Below the pieces are notes generated by a model. It made no database searches, had not been told where the DNA came from, and saw nothing but the letters and a program-made list of their open reading frames with translations. A stretch of DNA of 64,000 nucleotides from Marsupella aquatica (taxonomy: Eukaryota; Plantae; Marchantiophyta), in assembly GCA_973895155.1 (NCBI GenBank), contig OZ316893.1:26965283-27029282 (forward strand), in the 5' to 3' direction. Of the stretch, positions 60,572-64,000 are shown piece after piece. How positions within the stretch are numbered: position 1 is the first letter of the stretch; each line of letters starts with the position of its first letter. The position numbers and the translations under genes are program-made.

Positions 60572-63237
60572 TTAGCAAGCAACCTGGACAAGCTCCAAAT
60601 TCGATGGAGGAGGGCGTTCCTGGGACATGTCGGTGGTATCAAACTGTGGCCGCTGTTGTACTGATGGAACTTCTGAACGTTGTTCGCTCGACCCGAGAGG
60701 ATCAGCCGTTCCTGCAGTCTCAGCCACCCCGAAGAGGCAGGCCCCAATATCATCCCATCCTAGCGCTTCGAAAAGAATGCCTGAACGCCGCCAACTGCAT
60801 CGCGACCCGTTCAAGCGAGCTCGCGAGATGGATGCAGAAGCCTCAACCAGAGGAAGCAATTTCATCCCATACAGCAACATGACCTTCCTAGCCGCTGCAG
60901 ACAAGCCGATTGCGATTCCCAAATCGGCTTCTAACAATCCCAAAAGATCTGTGTGGCTGTCTCCCATGTATACCAACATCCTTCCTGCTTTCCCGTCTGC
61001 CTGGGCTTTAACTTTGTCTTGGAGATCAACATTCTTGGCGTCGAAATGACTGTACAGAGTCCGGAGAGCTCGTAACATCTGTTCCTTGTCGAACGCGTCC
61101 ACCAGAGTGTTGTCAACAATTCCAGTTGAGACTCCTTCGGAGTCGTACCGCATATCGTTGCAGTGCACAAATAATTTGCTCTCTGCATCAGTGGCACGTT
61201 CATGCAGATACGAATTTTCTGTTCGAGTCAGAATAAAAAATTGAAACGTCCTACGACTTACAGCAGATACTCACCATGAAGCACAGCAGATAACATCGCT
61301 CTCCAAATTCTTGAAAGAAATTTACAGAATATCAACATCAAAATCTAAGTGTCCGAAGTTAGAAGAACAAAACAGGGCCTTTACCTGGTATACTGGGTAA
61401 TCCTCCAATAATCAGATCCCGAGACCAATTTGCGGACACAACATGAATTTGCGTTCCTATTCCGACCAATTGCTTCAAAACTCCTGCGGAATAGGGTCTA
61501 AGCTCCACAAGCTTGGCCTCCGCCAATACTCCGTTTCTAGTGAATCCATTCAAAACGCCAGATGACATTATATCCTGATATAGACATAGGCGGCAAATTG
61601 TCAATCGACGGAGAGATAAGAACTGGCAATCGATGAAGCAACAACCTTCCTATATCGACCGTAATTCTCACGAATACATGTTCCCCAGGATAGCCTATTG
61701 AGAAATTCATATATTGAGGAATTTTAGCGTTGCTATGTGGCTTTCCACCAGAGCCCACCCATCCCCGTCCACATCCTGGGATAAAGAATTTTGAGAGGTC
61801 AAAGTACCTCATTGCACAATACTTCCAGGTCTGACAATTTAGTGAGAGCTCTTCGGAGGCCTGCCTCATCAAAAGGAACATTTTCAGAGTCCTCACTGGA
61901 GGACACTGAAGAGGTTTTGATTGTACTATCGAACAAAGGCTTCAGAGAGGGGTCCATTCCAGGCACGACATCTTCGGAATTTTCGTCCCGCCCTGACAAT
62001 CTCTTGGTGAGTTCAATGCTTTTCTCCGGGTATTCTAGACTCTGGAGAGTTCTTGCCGTACGAATTGCATGTCGATATAAAATTGCAACATACTCTTCAA
62101 GCAATTTCCCGGGTCGGAAGTCTCCAGAGGATTTCTTGGCCGCAGACTCCGCGGCTCGAACCAAAGAATCGCCGGAATCTACTATTGTACAAGTGACATC
62201 GAAGTCTGTGGTGAAGATGATATTGAAAGGGTGCCAGGGGCTGCTTGATTGCTGCGCCAGTTCTCCATTTGACTGACTCCTAGCATAAGCTGAGTCCAAC
62301 AGGGCCGACTCAAATGGCAGTACAGCTTTGAAAGTATTCTTGACCCGCTCCATTTCGCCTTGATTCATTGTCGCAGGTAATATCTTCATCAATTCTTCTT
62401 CCACCAAAGCTACACAAGCCTGCTTCCAAAAATAGCATCGCCCGTTAAAAATGCTGCACTACTCAAGAATACACACACAAGCAGTGTAATAGAACTCTGG
62501 TTTTAACACAAGCGAACGACTGGAGTAGCTGGAGCATCTCTAAATGCTGTTGAGTATTGAGTGTGGGGAATTATCACCTGGACGTGCGACTTTGCAAAGG
62601 TGCTGAGCCAGACTCCACCATGCTCATTGCCAGAATCTGGTTGAGGGAGACTAGTGGTGATTTTTATCTCGAGGAAATCCCGAAGTCGCAAAATAAACGC
62701 CGAAGAGAGCAGTGAATCCCCACAGTTCTCGTACTCTGACCTGGCGTCGATGAGTTGCTTCATCTTTTGTGCAACGGGACTGATTCGGCTGCTTGTAGCA
62801 ATAGTCGAGCCACCTTCAAGCAAATTCATACTCTCTAGTTCCTGGAGTACAGTACCTCGTGTTAACTTTAAATATATGAGATTTTGACATTGAAAACAGA
62901 AATTTGTTTACTTGTCCCCAATCACAAGGCAAGCACCTCGAGCCAAAAGTCGACCAAACGAGAGTGAAGGTTTTCCGAAACTTATTACAAGGTGGTAAAA
63001 AGAGAGTCATACACAAATTGGGAGCTGCAGACGATCCTTCAAAACAGCAATTGTTTCACTTGTGGTACCAGCATCATGGATGTGCCTATTGCCATTCCAA
63101 TTTGCATTGACTTGACTCCAATCTCTCGTGCTATAACTAACACGACATTGCAATCTGCAATGAGTAAACGATTTTGGCCTTGCGTTCAGCCATGCTGGAG
63201 TTGACCATCCAGGCACCCAAAGTGCTTTCCCTGTCAT
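60572..63237 (-). CDS. TH2-like TenA-HAD fusion (thiamine monophosphate phosphatase family). Exons about 62841-62578, 62419-61808, 61574-61385 and 61182-60572; the 5' exons are unresolved.
   Basis: HAD motifs FTTDFDVTCTIVDS, IHVVSANWSRDLI, VHCNDM...STG...DK and VYMGDSHTDLLGLLEADLGI. Upstream helices align loosely with the TenA C-half. A transit-peptide-like ORF starts at 63237. Confidence 0.8.
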
Positions 63238-64000
63238 CTCATGATTGAACTCAGGTTCGCTCGGCTTCGTCTGTCAGCATCACAACCCACGATCAGACCT
63301 GAAATTCTGACTGGGACCATGTTAAAATCCAGGAGATTCCACGAGATGCAATGAATTTGATTTGATTTCTTTAGAACTATATATCACAACGAAATTTCTA
63401 CAATGAAATATTCAGAAATAGAAAGGAGACCGGTAAGTCTCTTTAGCCCTATGGCTAGGATGGACGTCTACCTCCCTCCAGAGATATGTGTTCTTGTCTC
63501 CCTTGGTCTGCTGGGATCTTCGGTATAGATAACTTGCAAGAGATATGTGACTCCTTTTCAATTGAGAGCAACGGCTATCTGTCAAGAATGCAATTATCTT
63601 AGAATAGAATACTGAAATCATTGGGAAAGGCACATCCAGCTTTACCTCAAGTATCAATACGCACGTTCTTTCGCTGTGAGTATAGAAACAACAGAGTCAA
63701 GAGCCTATCGAATGGGCACGGAAAAACGTAATGAGTCAGTCACATGTTATCCTTGGTTTGCTTATCGCATAGACTCTTAGGGCACCTTGACAAGCCTTCA
63801 TTTGAAAGATACCTACACTGTGTAATCATAACCTGGCTGAAAGATCTCAGGTTTTGAAGAGAGACTACAACTCAGAAATAAAGCCGATCCAGCATACTTT
63901 GGATTGACTCGATAGAATCTATTGAGGTATACATAGGTGAAATGAACGTCAAAGCGCTCTCCCTCCCTCTCAAAAGCCTATCCAGCGTTATTTAGACTGG

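Noticed and set aside
60604-62276. Plus-strand ORFs of 92-161 aa
   Set aside because: They are antisense to the TH2-like exons.

Overview
This is eukaryotic nuclear DNA from a land plant with GT-AG introns. The style of the PLS-PPR motifs and the TE content suggest a bryophyte, probably a liverwort (inference). The genes are a GAUT8/9-like galacturonosyltransferase (minus strand, truncated at the window start), a plastid CYP20-3-like cyclophilin, a multi-exon EDR1-domain Raf-like kinase (B1 type), a single-exon plastid membrane protein and a TH2-like TenA-HAD gene (minus strand). There is also a decayed organellar glutamyl-tRNA synthetase whose catalytic core is occupied by a PLS-PPR fragment. 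The intervals of about 3.5-10 kb and 14.5-37 kb are TE graveyards. They hold an oomycete-like pogo/DDE_1 transposase split by a 1.7-kb insertion with an 8-bp duplication, a TIR family carrying MSA-like motifs, a foldback element, LINE remnants, a tRNA-like Pol III head and many tandem repeats. The most notable signals are a run of eight frame-preserving phase-2 exons in the kinase linker that build Ser-Pro motifs across splice junctions, an HRD-to-HCD change in that kinase, the GluRS/PPR chimera and a degenerate TenA domain. All exon models were read by eye, and homologies come from recalled family motifs rather than database searches.
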